Positions 24,326 to 37,600 are shown, counted from the stretch's first letter. The stretch: DNA of 64,000 bases from Phoronis australis (GCA_002633005.1 NMRA01000311.1:324531-388530); one strand, 5' to 3'. The notes: generated by a model not told the origin, from the letters alone. Numbers and translations are program-made.

Positions 24326-27300
24326 TCACCTGCTTACATTCCGTACACATAATGAACCATTAGTTCCTCCGAATCCAAAAGAGTTTGTCAGAGCTATTCT
24401 TTTGTTGCTTTCCCAGGGAATGCACTTATTCGGAACATGCCTGAATGTAAAGCCGTTGTCAGGTGTATTCAAGTTTACTGTTGGTGGTATTACACCTGTG
24501 CGCACTGCCATGATGGTGAATATGGCTTCTACACTACCAGCTGCTCCCAACAGATGTCCTACCGCACCTTTAGTGGAGGAAACACGCAAACTATCACAGC
24601 TGTCCCCAAATAAGTGCTGTATTGCATTACATTCTGCCTTGTCACCAGACGGCGTTGAAGTAGCATGGGCATTTATATACCCGACAGACTCAGGTGAGAG
24701 CTCTGCACCTTTCAATGCATTAGACATACATCTGTAAGCACCGTCGCCACTTTCTGGCGGTGACGTTATGTGATGAGCGTCGCCGGATAACCCATAACCT
24801 AATATCTCGGCAAATATCGGAGCTCCTCTGTCTAATGCTTTATTTAACTCCTCGAGTACAAGAATACCAGCTCCTTCAGCAATAACAAAACCATCCCGAT
24901 TCTGGTCAAACGGTCGAGAGGCTTTTTCTGGAGTACTATTAAACTTTGTGCTGAGTGCTCTCATGCGGGCAAAGCCAGCTATTGACACGGGCGATACACA
25001 AGCCTCTGTTCCTCCGCATATCATGACATCAGCGTCTCCATGTTTGATGAATCTATAGGCGTCTCCTATTGCATGCAGACCGGTAGTACAGGCTGTCGAC
25101 ACAGAATGATTGGGACCCTGCCAGATTAATATACATACATTAATTAGATTTTAGTTATTTATGATAAAGGTGAACATAGAACACAACAACAAAACAAGCC
25201 TGGTCACCTGTTCGGAATGTCTATTAGAATGACAACATCTCTGCCATAGATGGCAAATTTTTACACAGTATCACTAAAAGGCGAATAGGAAAATGTGGAA
25301 CCAACAAACAAATGCACAAATCTAGACGCAGTTTTTTGTTGTGAGGATGTTTTACTGATAGATGACACTAAACCGAGTACATGCCAGCGACAGCCAAAAG
25401 ACACATGTATTGTGACAAGGTAAACAAACCTAACATTGTTACATGGAGAAGACCAATAGTAAGTCTTCCCTTACTTAGCACACAGTATGGGCGACAAGCG
25501 AAATTCTTGGTCAACTTACTTCACAAAAATAAAAAAGTAAGAAAATTTTAGTCTTTTAGTCTATTTATACCATTTTTTATAAAGTGATGTTGTCGTTAAA
25601 CATAATTTGGTAAAGTTTCCACTATCTGTAGCAAAGTCATCAGTCTTGGAAAAATGAATAAAATGGAACATGAATAAAATGACAATTTTGGCATTTTTTT
25701 GAGCGAAATTAGTGTCGAATTGCAGTAGGTTAAGTACCTTGCAGTTGAACTTGAGTGCTATGTTCCCTGCTGCCATATTGGTGAGTATCCGTGGAACAAA
25801 GTGTGGACTAACACTTCGGTAACCCTTCTTGCATAACCCTCTACCTGTGTCCACAATGTCATCCAGGCCGACCATTCCCATGCCAACAGCGACACCTGTC
25901 AACAGTGAGAAAAAACCATGGCCAGATCAGATCTTGCTGACCACGACTTCATGACAACAACATCAAGCTTGATCAAGAAATTCTATCCCAGGTCAGAGCT
26001 TCATGACTTTGGGCCACTGCTTCGTGCTTGAATGTAACTGTTCCTTTTCAAGGTCAGTGCTTCATATTTCTTGATCAAGACTGAATATATCTATCAAAGT
26101 ACATAGCAAATTTCTCAGATGCGATAGCACCATTGCGTTAGATCATTAGTAAAGTCTCCCCGTTCTGTTTCGACAAGCCGCAGAAGGCTGCCTTCAAAAC
26201 TCAGAAAATACTGCTGACAAAAGCTCCTGTTATGCGGTATTCTAACACCAAGCCCATTACCATCTCACGTGATGCTTCTCAGTTAGGCCTTGGAGCACAG
26301 CTTTTGCAAGGTGAGCAACCAGTTTGCTATGCCTCTAAGTCCTTGACAGCAGCTGAAAAAGCATACTCCCGGACAGAAAAAGAATTACTGGCTATTGTGT
26401 TCCCTTGTCGTAAATTACACAATCTATTGTATGGTAGACTGATATTACCACAAAGACTGGTCACATGCCACTAGTCAGCATTATTAATAAGCCTTTGTTG
26501 CAAGTGCCAATGTGTCTCCAGAAGATGCTTTTGAAATTACAGTCCTATAGCTTTCGGCTCGTTGCCAAGGCAGGGAGATATATATCCCAATACCAGATGC
26601 TGTCAGCAGAGCCCCACTTAGTCACTGTTATTATCGTGGTCTTGTAGATGACTTTCACGACTATCAGGTCTGTGCTTTTCAACTGTCCATGCATTTTCTA
26701 CACAGAAGTTAGCAGAGCTTCAGGAGGCCACTGAAAATGACCCAGAGTTTTTGAAACTCAAAACCATAATTCTTGAGGGTTGGCCCAAAGAAAAGTCTCA
26801 AGTAGACCGCCTGGCGCCAGGTCAAACATAATTGGGACTTTCGAAATGAATTGGCCGTCTATAATGCCAATCTCTTCCATGGAGAAAGGGTTATGATACT
26901 TCAAGCTATCAGAAGTCATATTCTGAATTTGATTCATAGTAGCCATCAAAGCGTAGTTAAGAGCAAACAATTACCGTAGCTAGGGTGATACTCTTTTGGA
27001 AGGTATGAGTAAGGAGATAGCACATGTCAGTAAATGTGCAATTTGTCAACAGTTTGGAAATGCTCAGCAGTGCAAGTCTGATGAGTACAGTAGTAACAAC
27101 ACTGCCATGATGGCAGGTTGTTGATGGTGTACGTTGTCTTGCAGCTGTTGATCACTATACTGTCTCGGCGCAACCATCTTCTCCAGCAGGGTGATACTGA
27201 TGCTCCCACTGTAGAGTGTGATAGCAAACAAAGAGTTGTAACTCAAAGCAAGAGACTCTTGGTGTCGTAATATTTATTAGTAATACCTGTTAGCATTAAT

Positions 27301-30300
27301 CCCATTGTGTCTGACCTATAATGCAGTGCTTCTTCCTGTATGATGTAGTAGTGTGTTAAGACAATAGAATTTTACTCTTACTTCCATCTTGTGATCATCA
27401 AGTAACCACACCACGTCCAATAACATAACATGGTGTCAGGAGTGCTGAAGAACTGAAGAATTTGAGGACTTGTTTATTTTGTGATTGCCTGGACTGCAAC
27501 AATGGCTAGTTTACAAGGATTACACCCAACCATCCATGAATTGGTCAGCAAGCGACCTACCACTGACATTTAGCAACTTCAAGGGTCTGTGCCAATTATA
27601 TTTTGAAGGACCACTGTCAACATTGGAGGAAACACAAATGATCAAATATTTGCTCATTTGGGTTTTTCAAGAGGGACGTGATATCCACAAAACATGGACA
27701 TTAACTGCAGATGAAGCAAAGTCACTGGACACTTACTGGAAAAAATTCGAGGAGTATGTGACGCCCAGAAGTAATTTCTGTGTTGCGAGATTTCAACTGC
27801 GAACCCTGACACAACAAGATGGTGAGTCAATTGATTCATTCTTGAAACGTATCAGGCTCCTTGTTGCTGAATGCCAATACAGTGAACCAGACGACCACAT
27901 AATTGATGCCTTAGTCTTTGGCATTCAAAGTCGACATGTGCAAGCTAAGCTGTTACAAGAACCTGACAAGCTGACCCTTGACAAAGCCATTGAATTGTCT
28001 CGCTTACATGAGGCAACAGCCCGACAACTCGACGACATACACCCCAGCAGTAACACAGCTGTGCATGCGATACACGCCGCTAAGCCCAAACCGCAGCACA
28101 GAAAGCCTCAGACACATGACAAAAAACCTGCCCACACATCCAATGACTGCGGACGGTGCGGAACAGCCCATTCCCAGCATGACAGATGTCCAGCGCAAGG
28201 TGCTACATGTCTGGCCTGTGGCAAGAAGAATCACTGGGCCACTGTTTGTCGCAGTAAATCACGATCACGTCCAACTGGCACAAAACCTAATACACACGTA
28301 CACGCTCTAAATACGAATGATGAAGTGTTGTATTTTCACTCGTTGCAAATACATAGTCTATCGGACACCCAAGCCATTGTCAACTTACCTCTGACCTCCG
28401 GTGATACAACATGTGACATACCCTGCAAGACTGACACTGGCGCGGAAGGTAACGTGATCCCTATGTCCAAGTTTAAGAACATAGTACCTGCAATGACAGG
28501 ACTCTCCCCATCCAAAACACGCATCGAAGTTTATGGCGGCAGCACATTGAAGCAGTATGGTACATGCACTCTCACACTGACACATGGTACACAGAGCAAA
28601 GAGTGCACCTTCCATGTTGTAGAAGCAGATGGTCCAGTCATACTAGGACTTCCAACATGCCGCGCTTTGCAACTGATTTCACTGAACTGCGAGATCACTA
28701 CCCATACCAAAGACCCTGAACTAGGTGACATTCTACCAGGCCACTCAAGCCCATTTGTGGTGCCTACAGCTTCCTTCACAAGACTTGACGGTGACTCCAA
28801 TGCAAAAGACCATATACTCCGAAAGTATAAAGACGTCTTCGAAGGCATTGGGTGTTTTGAAGGAGAGGCACACATCACTCTTGACCCTACTGTTTCCCCA
28901 GTTGTTCAGCCCGCGAGAAGCATCCCTGAAGCATTCCGTGAGCCCTTGAAAGATGAGTTACAGAAACTTGAGTCACAAGGCATAATAGCCAAGGTGGACG
29001 GCCCAACAGATTGGGTGAACGCTCTGGTATGTATCACCAAACCGAATGGTTCGCTACGTCTTCATCTCGATCCAAAAGACCTCAACAAAGCCATAAAAAG
29101 ACCCCATCATTACACACCTACACTGAACGATGTACTGCCCAAGCTCAATGGTGCTAAGTATTTCTCCATCATTGACGCACGCTCTGGGTACTGGAACATC
29201 AAGCTGGATGATGAGAGTTCACATTATACGACGTTCAACTGCATTTATGGAAGAAGAAGATTTCTCCGTCTGCCATTTGGTCTCAACTGTTCCCAAGATT
29301 TGTTCCAGCGAAAGGTTGATGAAACATTTGGCGACCTCACAGGTGTTACAGGTATCGCCGACGACATTATTGTCTATGGAAAGAAGGCTGACGGAAGCGA
29401 CCATGACGCGAACCTAGAAGCTCTCATGAAGCGCGCTCGGCAGACAGGAATAAAGTTCAATGCTGATAAATGTCACATACGGTGTAGTGAAATCCCGTTT
29501 TTCGGTCACATTATTAGTCGCAATGGCATACGCCCTGATCCACGCAAGACTGAAGCCATCGCGCGTATGGACCCTTCACAAAGTCTCGAAAGTCTTCAAA
29601 CCTTCCTCGGCATGACCCAGTTCCTGTGCCGATTCACCCCCAAGTTAGTGTCGGTAGCCGCACCACTATGGGACTTGATCCAGAAAAAGTTCATCTGGGG
29701 ACCTGAGCACCAGAAGGCAGTAGATCAAGTCAAAGCCCTAGTCACCAATCCAGAAACACTGCAGTACTATGATAATTCAAAACCACTAGTAGTACAGGTC
29801 GACGTCTCATCCAAAGGTCTAGGAGCCGAACTACTCCAGGAAAGTGGACCAATCGAGTATAGAAGCAAACTGCTAACAGAAACCGAATCGCGTTATTCTA
29901 ATATTGTGAGAGAATATCTGGCGGTCGTGTTTGGTCTGGAAGCCTTCCACCATTACATATATGGCAGACATGTTCAAGTGAACTCTGACCATAAGCCGCT
30001 GGAATCTATTACGAAGAAACATATCTCAAGCGCATCACCCAGGCTTGCCCGTATGCTGCTAAGGACCCAGAAATATGACTTCGACTTAGTGTACGTAGGC
30101 AAGAACGAAGTTCCACTAGCAGATGGCCTATCACGCATTGACCCATGTGCTGCAGATACAATCCCAGGATTTGACATAACCGTGCACGAGATACAGCTCC
30201 AACTGAATGCCAGTCATACTCGTCTAACTCAGATCTGCTATGAGACAGCGAAGGACCCTGAGATGATGGTACTACAAAACATGATTGCCAACGGATGGCC

Positions 30301-33300
30301 TAACTCCAGAGCTGATTGCCCCACCACTCTGCATGGATACTGGAACTTCAGAGACGAGTTGGGAGTCGAAGATGGAATCATCATCAAAGGAAGACGTATA
30401 GTCGTGCCACAATCATTACGCCAAACAGTGCTCAAACAGATTCATTATGCCCACCAAGGAATCGAAAAGTGCCGATTACGAGCCCGAGCGTCAGTATTCT
30501 GGGATGGAATCAACAGGGACATCAACGCCAACGTGTCCAATTGTGCATCGTGCCAAGCACACCAGAATGCAAAGAACCTCTGTTACCACTAGACGTTCCA
30601 CCTAGACCGTGGCACACACTTGGTATGGACCTATTCTACTGGCAACAGAAGAACTATCTCTTAGTCGCTGACATGTACAGCAAGTTTCCCATCGTACGAA
30701 GATTACACTCAACTACGTCCGGTTCTGTCATCAACCATTTGAAGACTATATTTGATGAACACGGTCTCCCCGAGAAAATCGTCTCAGACAACGGACCACA
30801 GTTCTCATCATACGAGTTCAAACAGTTTGCTGAAGTATACGAACTAGAACATGTTACAACATCACCGATGTTTCCCCAAGCCAACGGGTTCATAGAAAGA
30901 ATGGTACAGACAGTGAAGAATCTATTCACAAAGGCCTTCAAGACAGGCAGTGACTCCCACTTGGCAATGTTGTGCCTAAGATCAACACCGATTGATCACA
31001 AAACTCCGTCTCCGAGTGAACTGCTCAACGGCAGAAGGTATCGCACCATGCTACCTTCTTTGCCTACCAAGGGGAACGGCGTGAGCAACGAAGCACTTCA
31101 AATGCGCCAAGAAGCACAGAAGCGCAACTTCCCCGGCTCAAAACAGTTACCTCCGCTATATCCGAGCGACAATGTACGCATGCTAAATACAGATACCAAG
31201 ATGTGGGAACCTGGAAAGGTTCTCAATCAGGAAGCCACACCCCCGATCATATAAGGTGAAAACCAACCGAGGAACTTTCTGTCGCAACAGAAGACATTTG
31301 CGCAAGACCTCAGAAAACTTCGAAATTGACCAGCAGACCCAACTCGACACATCGATGCCAGAAGAACCAAATATCCCTAATGAAATTCAAACTGATACTC
31401 CTGCGACCACCCGAAGTGGACGTACTGTGCGGAAACCTCAGCGGATGGACTTGTGAAAACGGAGCTTTTTATTTTATTAGTTTTCTTTTTTGTTAACACC
31501 TTAAGTGTTATACCGAACATTTACTGTCGTAGTTTAAAGGATATTAGACTTTTATGTCAGCTTCATCTGTTTCTTCAAGAAGGGGAGATGTCGTAATATT
31601 TATTAGTAACACCTGTTAGCATTAATCCCATTGTGCCTGACCTATAATGCAGTGCTTCTTCCTGTATGATGTAGTGTGTTAAGACAATAGAATTTTACTC
31701 TTACTTCCATCTTGTGATCATCAAGTAACCACACCACATCCAATAACATAACACTTGGAATCTGCCGAGGAACCAGAGATAATGCACTCTGGTCGGGTGT
31801 CTCAGCCTCCACCTTCATTGATTGACTAGTTATCCAACTTTTGTGTTCGAAACAGTGATACACACACATGCACGCACCCAGGCACGCACATACATATTAT
31901 ATATATTATTTTCTTTGTGCTGATGGCATTTCCATGCTATTTCATGTGCTCTATCACAGATGATTTCATGGTTGTAAGTACACAGCACCTACTGTGTAAC
32001 GGGTAACTGAAGAACAGGAGGCAAAATCATTACATAAAATGCCCAATAGGTGGCCATACATTACAACTTTGCAAACCTGTTCTGCATGATACATCCTCAG
32101 TTTCGTTCATCGCATAGCCTGACATCTTTACTGCCTCTTCTGCAGCCACCAGGGCATACGCTGAAGCGAGAGACATCTTACGCAACTCTGATGAGGAAAA
32201 GTATGAGTCCAAGTCCAGATCGCCCACTTCTTCACCTCGTGGAACAATGCCAGCAACGCGACTTGGAAGTTTTTCATAATCTGAGAACGAATGCAAGATC
32301 ACATGAAGTAGCAGTAACTACAGAAATTTCCACTTATTTTGCACAAAAATAATCACCAAAATTGATATTTTTCAAAGACTGTGAGGCACAATTTTCCGAA
32401 AGGCTTCCGGCATATGAAGCACCTATAGGAGCGTCACCGTTCTCATGGCCAGTCAAGATAGTGGCACCGTCTAGATAGTGGCACTGTCTACCTAGCCAGC
32501 CAGCTAGCTGTAAGAAGACTATCGTCAAAACATTAACTAGTTACCACTGTGTGTTGAGCTCCATCAGATCCCGAAATTTCACACAGCCAGGGTAGTTCTG
32601 CTCGTCACATCATTGCGAAACACTTATATCATCACATGTAGTGCTAATGACCAGTGCAAAATCTCAGAGTTAATCGACATTCACCTTGCAATCGTTTAAG
32701 TGAATAATAAATGTCATTTTCTTGTACAATTCTTCGCCTTTTCTAGCAAAGAAAAGTCCGCCATTGTTTTGAAAACAGGGGATATGATGTTATACCACCT
32801 GCCGCACACAGTGTTAAAAATGGCGAGTTACCGATTTTGGAAATGGGAAATGAACGAGGGATTGCTCTAAGAGTTGAAGAAAAAGTATTTGTTCGAGTTG
32901 GAAGGATATAAATACATCAACAGCCTCCTAAGGTGTCCCTCTATGTACAAAAGGTATTTATAACAACGTGACTTTGATGTTTAGGAAGGGCCTATCAATA
33001 GCCATAGAAGATCCACCGTGGACGTGGTCACTCACTCACTAGTGTAGCGGCACTGGTCAGATATAGCGGTCCCTGATTTAAAGAACCAGGCAATCACTGA
33101 ATAACAGACCCGTTATTTAGTGGATGAACTGGTTCTCTAAATCAGGGACCGCTATTTCCGACCAGTGCCCATGGCGCTAGTCGTGCCCAGTGCCACTGGC
33201 AGTGTTAGTGATAGGCAATGACCATCGCCTCTGTTGGCCCGAACCAGAGGCGATGCAGAGGCTATAGGCACTCTGTACGCCGGAAGCTTTTCGGCGAATT

Positions 33301-34344
33301 ATGCCTCGCACCGACTAAACCATCAAAGTCACGTTGTTATAAATACCTTTTGCGCATAGAGGAACACCTGAGGAGGTTGTCGATGTGTTTAATTCCTTTC
33401 GAACAAATTCTCCTATTATCAAACTTTTTCTTCGAGCAGTCCCTATTTCAATTCCCAAAATCGTGAAATCAACTTTTTCATTTTTTAACCAGGCCAAAGG
33501 TCAGAAGTTGCGGACCTACCGGCGAACTTTGAATGCTGAAGTTCCTGCCCTTCGCGTACGTGCTGCCGGGAACCAGCCGTGCATTTGCCGTGTTGTTAAA
33601 CATTAAAATGTCAAATATGTGCACAAAGACTATTAAATGTCATATCAACAGCATTTATTTTTATCAAATACAAACAATAATTCATTGAAATACAATCAGT
33701 TTCAAGTAACGCCAATTAAAGACAAGTATAAGTGGTGGCATTTTGGAAACGAACATTTGACTGACAAGACCGCAATGGCTCACCTTTGGCCTATTTAAAA
33801 ATTATTGAGGTTATGAAGTCACATCACCTAGCGAGCGCGGTAAAAATTGGAGCGTGCGCAGTACAAAAATTTTGATTTCACGATTTTGGGAACTGAAATA
33901 GGGACTGCTCGAAGAAAAAGTTTCATAACGGGAGTATTTGTTCGAGTTGGAAGGACTTAAACACATCGACAACCTCCTAAGGTGTTCTTCTATGCGCAAA
34001 AGGTATTTATAACAACGTGACTTTGATGGTTTAGTCGGTGCGAGGCATAATTCGCCGAAAAGCTTCCGGCGTACAGAGCGCCTATAGGGTCTGCATCGCC
34101 TCTGGTTCGGGCCAACAGAGGCGATGGTCATTGCCTATGTTAGTGACTGGAGTGGCAGTGTCGCTAGCCTCTAGTCTAGAGATCTAATGAACGCAGTTGC
34201 AACATCACCTTCGCCAACCATTTTTCTTATTCCAGTTTGACCAGCGACAAGTTTGCCCCACACGTGTTCAAGTTTTACACCCAAGCTTGTTACTAATCCC
34301 ATACCAGTCACCACGACTCGGCGGGATGGAAATGAAGCTGTCAT
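24326..34344 (-). CDS. OXSM: 3-oxoacyl-[acyl-carrier-protein] synthase, mitochondrial (FabF/KAS type)
   Basis: Minus-strand exons 34344-34209, 32280-32077, 25895-25738, 25117-24326 total 1290 nt (429 aa). Motifs: [14 protein letters not shown], catalytic [33 protein letters not shown]. Confidence 0.96.
26040..27257 (+). pseudogene. Old, degenerate Ty3/Gypsy pol remnant (RT/RNase H/integrase)
   Basis: [44 protein letters not shown], an integrase H..HQ segment and a WQVV..AVDHY segment, with many frameshifts. A C-terminal SGRVSQPP motif resumes at about 31785-31830 after the younger insertion. Confidence 0.85.
27263..27430 (+). repeat. 5' LTR (168 bp)
   Basis: TGTCGTAATA...CATAACA. Matches 31589-31753 with 3 substitutions and one 3-bp indel by eye. 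Confidence 0.95.
27431..27444 (+). promoter_or_regulatory. Primer-binding site, tRNA-Leu type
   Basis: TGGTGTCAGGAGTG lies directly after the 5' LTR and is complementary to a tRNA-Leu 3' end (..CACTCCTGACACCA). Confidence 0.85.
27502..31456 (+). pseudogene. Gypsy gag-pol polyprotein with three frameshifts
   Basis: ATG 27502 (MASLQGL) shifts near 27525 into ORF 27485-30592. That ORF has zinc knuckles CGRCGTAH..C / [14 protein letters not shown], protease [13 protein letters not shown], RNase H and integrase HHCC. A shift near 30570 leads into the DDE core (MDLF, SDNGPQF, NGFIER), and one near 31242 into the RNRRHL..TRSGR tail. Confidence 0.9.
31577..31588 (+). promoter_or_regulatory. Polypurine tract
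   Basis: AAGAAGGGGAGA immediately before the 3' LTR. Confidence 0.85.
31589..31753 (+). repeat. 3' LTR (165 bp)
   Basis: Direct repeat of 27263-27430. Confidence 0.95.
33049..33169. repeat. 121-bp hairpin/MITE
   Basis: ggcactggtcagatatagcggtccctgatttaaagaaccag ... ctggttctctaaatcagggaccgctatttccgaccagtgcc. Confidence 0.8.
33212..34137. mobile_element. Non-autonomous Mutator-like (MULE) element with ~260-bp TIRs in OXSM intron 1
   Basis: Long near-identical inverted arms (TAGGCAATGACC...GGTCATTGCCTA). Perfect 9-bp TSD TGTTAGTGA at 33203-33211 and 34138-34146. Related arms at about 32830-33010, 6345-6672 and 56389-56635. Confidence 0.88.
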
Positions 34345-34667
34345 TTTTTGACAAGGCAAAGGGCGCAGACATTATGAAATGATGCACCAAAACGCCTTTT
34401 AAATTTGCCGATTTAAAACTTTTTAAAACACAGTAAGAGCCCAATATTCATAAAAAATTTATTTGATAGTATTTTGTATGCGATTCTTTGTTTCAAATAT
34501 AGCTTAATTACCAAAAGTTAGATATGAAAAAATAATTGGGGTTACGGCGACCCCATAACCTTTTGGCGTTGTTGCAGTGGAAACGAAGACGAGAGTTTCA
34601 AATGTGAAGGCGAATCGACCAATTTGTTCAGACAAAAAGCAGTGCTTGGTTCAACCTTTCTGCAACC
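34345..34667. promoter_or_regulatory. Putative bidirectional promoter (OXSM / WD40 gene)
   Basis: Divergent start codons at 34344 (-) and 34668 (+) are only 323 bp apart. Confidence 0.6.
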
Positions 34668-37600
34668 ATGACTGACATGGAGATTCAAGGCCATAGAATC
34701 GACGAGAATGGCCAAAACAAGAACGTGGGTGATGGGAATGCTAACAAATTGACCGAGGAGCGGGATCATGTTGATTTTTCTAGTTTGCGTTCATTTCCCG
34801 TTCCTTCCAGTAGACGCACATCTTCCGCCAGTTCAAGAAGTCACGGCGATCATGGATATATCCCTCGCTTGGAAGGAAACCTCAAATACCTACAGACACT
34901 GTAAGCCAATCTTCCGTTTCTTACTTTCTGTCAAATGAGCATATATATGAGTTGAACCTATCTGCTAGAAGTAATCATATTTTATCGTAGTATGAATAGT
35001 AGGCCACAGTTGGATTTAAACATGTTCCACATTGTCACACTGCACTGCAGGGCACTTGTCAAATGCCACCTTGGTAAAAAGAGCAGTGTTCGTAAATGAC
35101 CGAGTCACCGCTTCTAGATCTGTGCTGCATTCTTCAATGACTGAATTTGAGTTAAGGGCTGTGAATTGATGCTTCTATCCGAAGGTGTTGCTTCAAAGGA
35201 ATACCTGCCTATTTGTACATGAAAGTGTTCTTGCAATGATCTTAATTTAAATTTGATGCACATGAGCAGTGTAGATGTTCTGACAAACACTTTCATTGTT
35301 TTTTTAACAAATTTGTTTGCTGATGAAACACGATCAAAATACAATGTCAGCATATTATAACAACAGTTCGAGTCTGTTGGTGCGAGACTGCTGAAAACAG
35401 GTGGAAGCAGGGTTTGTGTACTTTGGTGGTCTTCGTTTTGATAGAGGAGTTTGTGGACAGTATTCTGCATTATTCTAATGCAATGTGATTTCCTAGGTTA
35501 TCCAATTATGACCACCATGCCATCAAATTGTCAAATTATTATGCTGTGGTATAATCAAACATTTATTCCCACGGAACTATCTAATGAGACAAAATTAAAA
35601 AAATTTGTCTTGCACCATAATTAGAGATTTTCTTCCTGCTCTCATAAAACTGAAGAGGCTATGTTTCCTATTTAAAGGGACGTTATAGGATTTACAGCCG
35701 GAAAATTGTATTTATGGGATTAGTGCTTGCTGAGATTTCAGATCTGTAAAACATCAAAATTTGTTGACTGTGTTTTTGTGAATTATTTTAATACTTGCCA
35801 TACATCAGTTATTGAACAGGATTGCTCATTAGATTACAACCATGATTTACATTACAGTGAATACGTAAAGAGATAACTATTGTTGTATTATGCAGTTATG
35901 AATATACACCAACACAGACAAGAAAAGTACCATGCACACCATATACAAACCTCAGATATCATCTTCAAAATAACATAGGCGGATTTAGGGGGGGGCCCAG
36001 GCCCCCCCCTTGGCTGCCGCAAAAAAAATAAAACAGTAAGAGCGTAGGGAAATGGTGAGTTTATTAATTAACCCGGGTAATTAAAATTATACGGATGAAA
36101 AAAGATTTAAATGTGTGCAGTTTTAGTGTTTGGGGGGGGGCTCAAATCGAATTTCAAGTGTCAAATTCGGAACACGGCGCGTTCGTAACGGAACTATGGC
36201 TAAGTATAGAATCTCCCGCGATATCCTAGGCGACCGGCAGCGGCGCTGTGCACTACGACTCCGTTTCCGTCGTCTGCTCCACTGTACAATGAAGAAAATT
36301 TACTTCATTTTTTAAAGAAAATGGAACCTGAGCGGCGATGAAAAAACAGAAGCTGCTGGTAAGATGTGAATTTTAATCCAAGCCTTAGTGAATCACTCAG
36401 AAACTCGCAATACTCTCTTTGTCAAACCTTATCTTAAGACGGTTTCCAAAGCAATCCCGTCATTATTGCCAACACGAAAAATGGATTTGGTCTTTTGGGC
36501 ATTTGAAGACTATTTCAAATACGACAAATTTGTTAAGAATTGATGGCACAAAATATAAAACGTGTAATAAGCATTACAAAAAGAAGTAGGTTACGCGCGC
36601 AAACGCTGTGGCCCATAAACAAGTAAGTCTTTTAGTATGAAAGTTGTAGTTAAATCGTGGTGGTGTAGTGGTAACGTACGCGCGCTCAACCCGCTAGGTC
36701 GTGAGTTCGAGTCTTTGACACTTGCATTTTTTTCCTGTTTGACACGTTCTCCGTGTTTTTTTTTCGCCTTTTTTTCTTGGATAATACTTCAGGAATCAAG
36801 GAAAATGCTTGATTTTTAGAGGTAAAAACAGAAAAATTTCCTGGGCGGGAGGGGGGCAAACCCCCCTCCCGACCTCCCCCCATTCGGTGCTATGCGCATC
36901 TACAATCGTGGTTCAGTTTGCGCAAATGTTTACAGCCGGACAGAATGTTGGGCCCCCCCCTTGTGATATCCTAGATCCGCCACTGAATAAACTCTAAGAA
37001 TTTCTAATTTTAGTCGATCTAAATGGGGTAAATCCTTTGTCTACTATACTGTTTATATGTATACTTACTTATGTTTGAAATTTTAGTTAAATTATGAGCT
37101 TAATAACATCTGGTGTGCCATTTTCACAAATAATATATGTACTTAAATTAAGCACAGATGTTCTTCCAAAAACACAATTCGAACAAATTCCAAAAGGATT
37201 TGATACAAGGACAAAACCAACTGTAAAGATCAATTAGTTCTTCAGATTTCTCTTTACAAAAAAATCAAGTGAGCAGAGCATTAGGTAGTGATTGCAGAAG
37301 TTGCAGATTTGCGTCTGTGCTGATGCTGATCTCAGAAAATCACTTTTCTGACAGGACTTCATGATATTTCTCCATGAATTTCAAGCCATGCACGTAATCA
37401 AGCTAGCTTCGTTCGCGAGATTCTTTCATCTACAGAACTCAACCCTGGTGTTTGATCTAGTTTTGCTAAATGCATAAAAAATGCATAATGTTTAATACAC
37501 TTGAGTGGTTGTGTACAATCAATAATGGCTTCCCTTAACTACTTTCATTGAACAACTTGATAAAGTTGGTCTGCATTATTGTTGGAGGTTATTGGCAACC

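Larger units (their letters stand above)
27263..31753 (+). mobile_element. Full-length Ty3/Gypsy (Mag-like) LTR retrotransposon in OXSM intron 2
   Basis: TG..CA LTRs, TSD CTTGG at 27258-27262 and 31754-31758, PBS, PPT, and gag-PR-RT-RH-IN domain order. Confidence 0.96.

Noticed and set aside
24326-25117. Bacterial fabF / horizontally transferred or PKS gene
   Set aside because: It is the last exon of a normally spliced 4-exon nuclear OXSM gene.
30560-30600. Programmed frameshift in Gypsy pol
   Set aside because: It falls inside integrase with no slippery heptamer, so it is better explained as a mutation or sequencing error.
33218-34131. Paired ORFs [12 protein letters not shown] on opposite strands
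   Set aside because: They are a by-product of the MULE terminal inverted repeats.
36655-36725. Functional tRNA gene (also at 41.1-41.4 kb, 44.9 kb and 53.0 kb)
   Set aside because: A/B boxes are present but the acceptor and anticodon stems do not close, and all lie within repeats.
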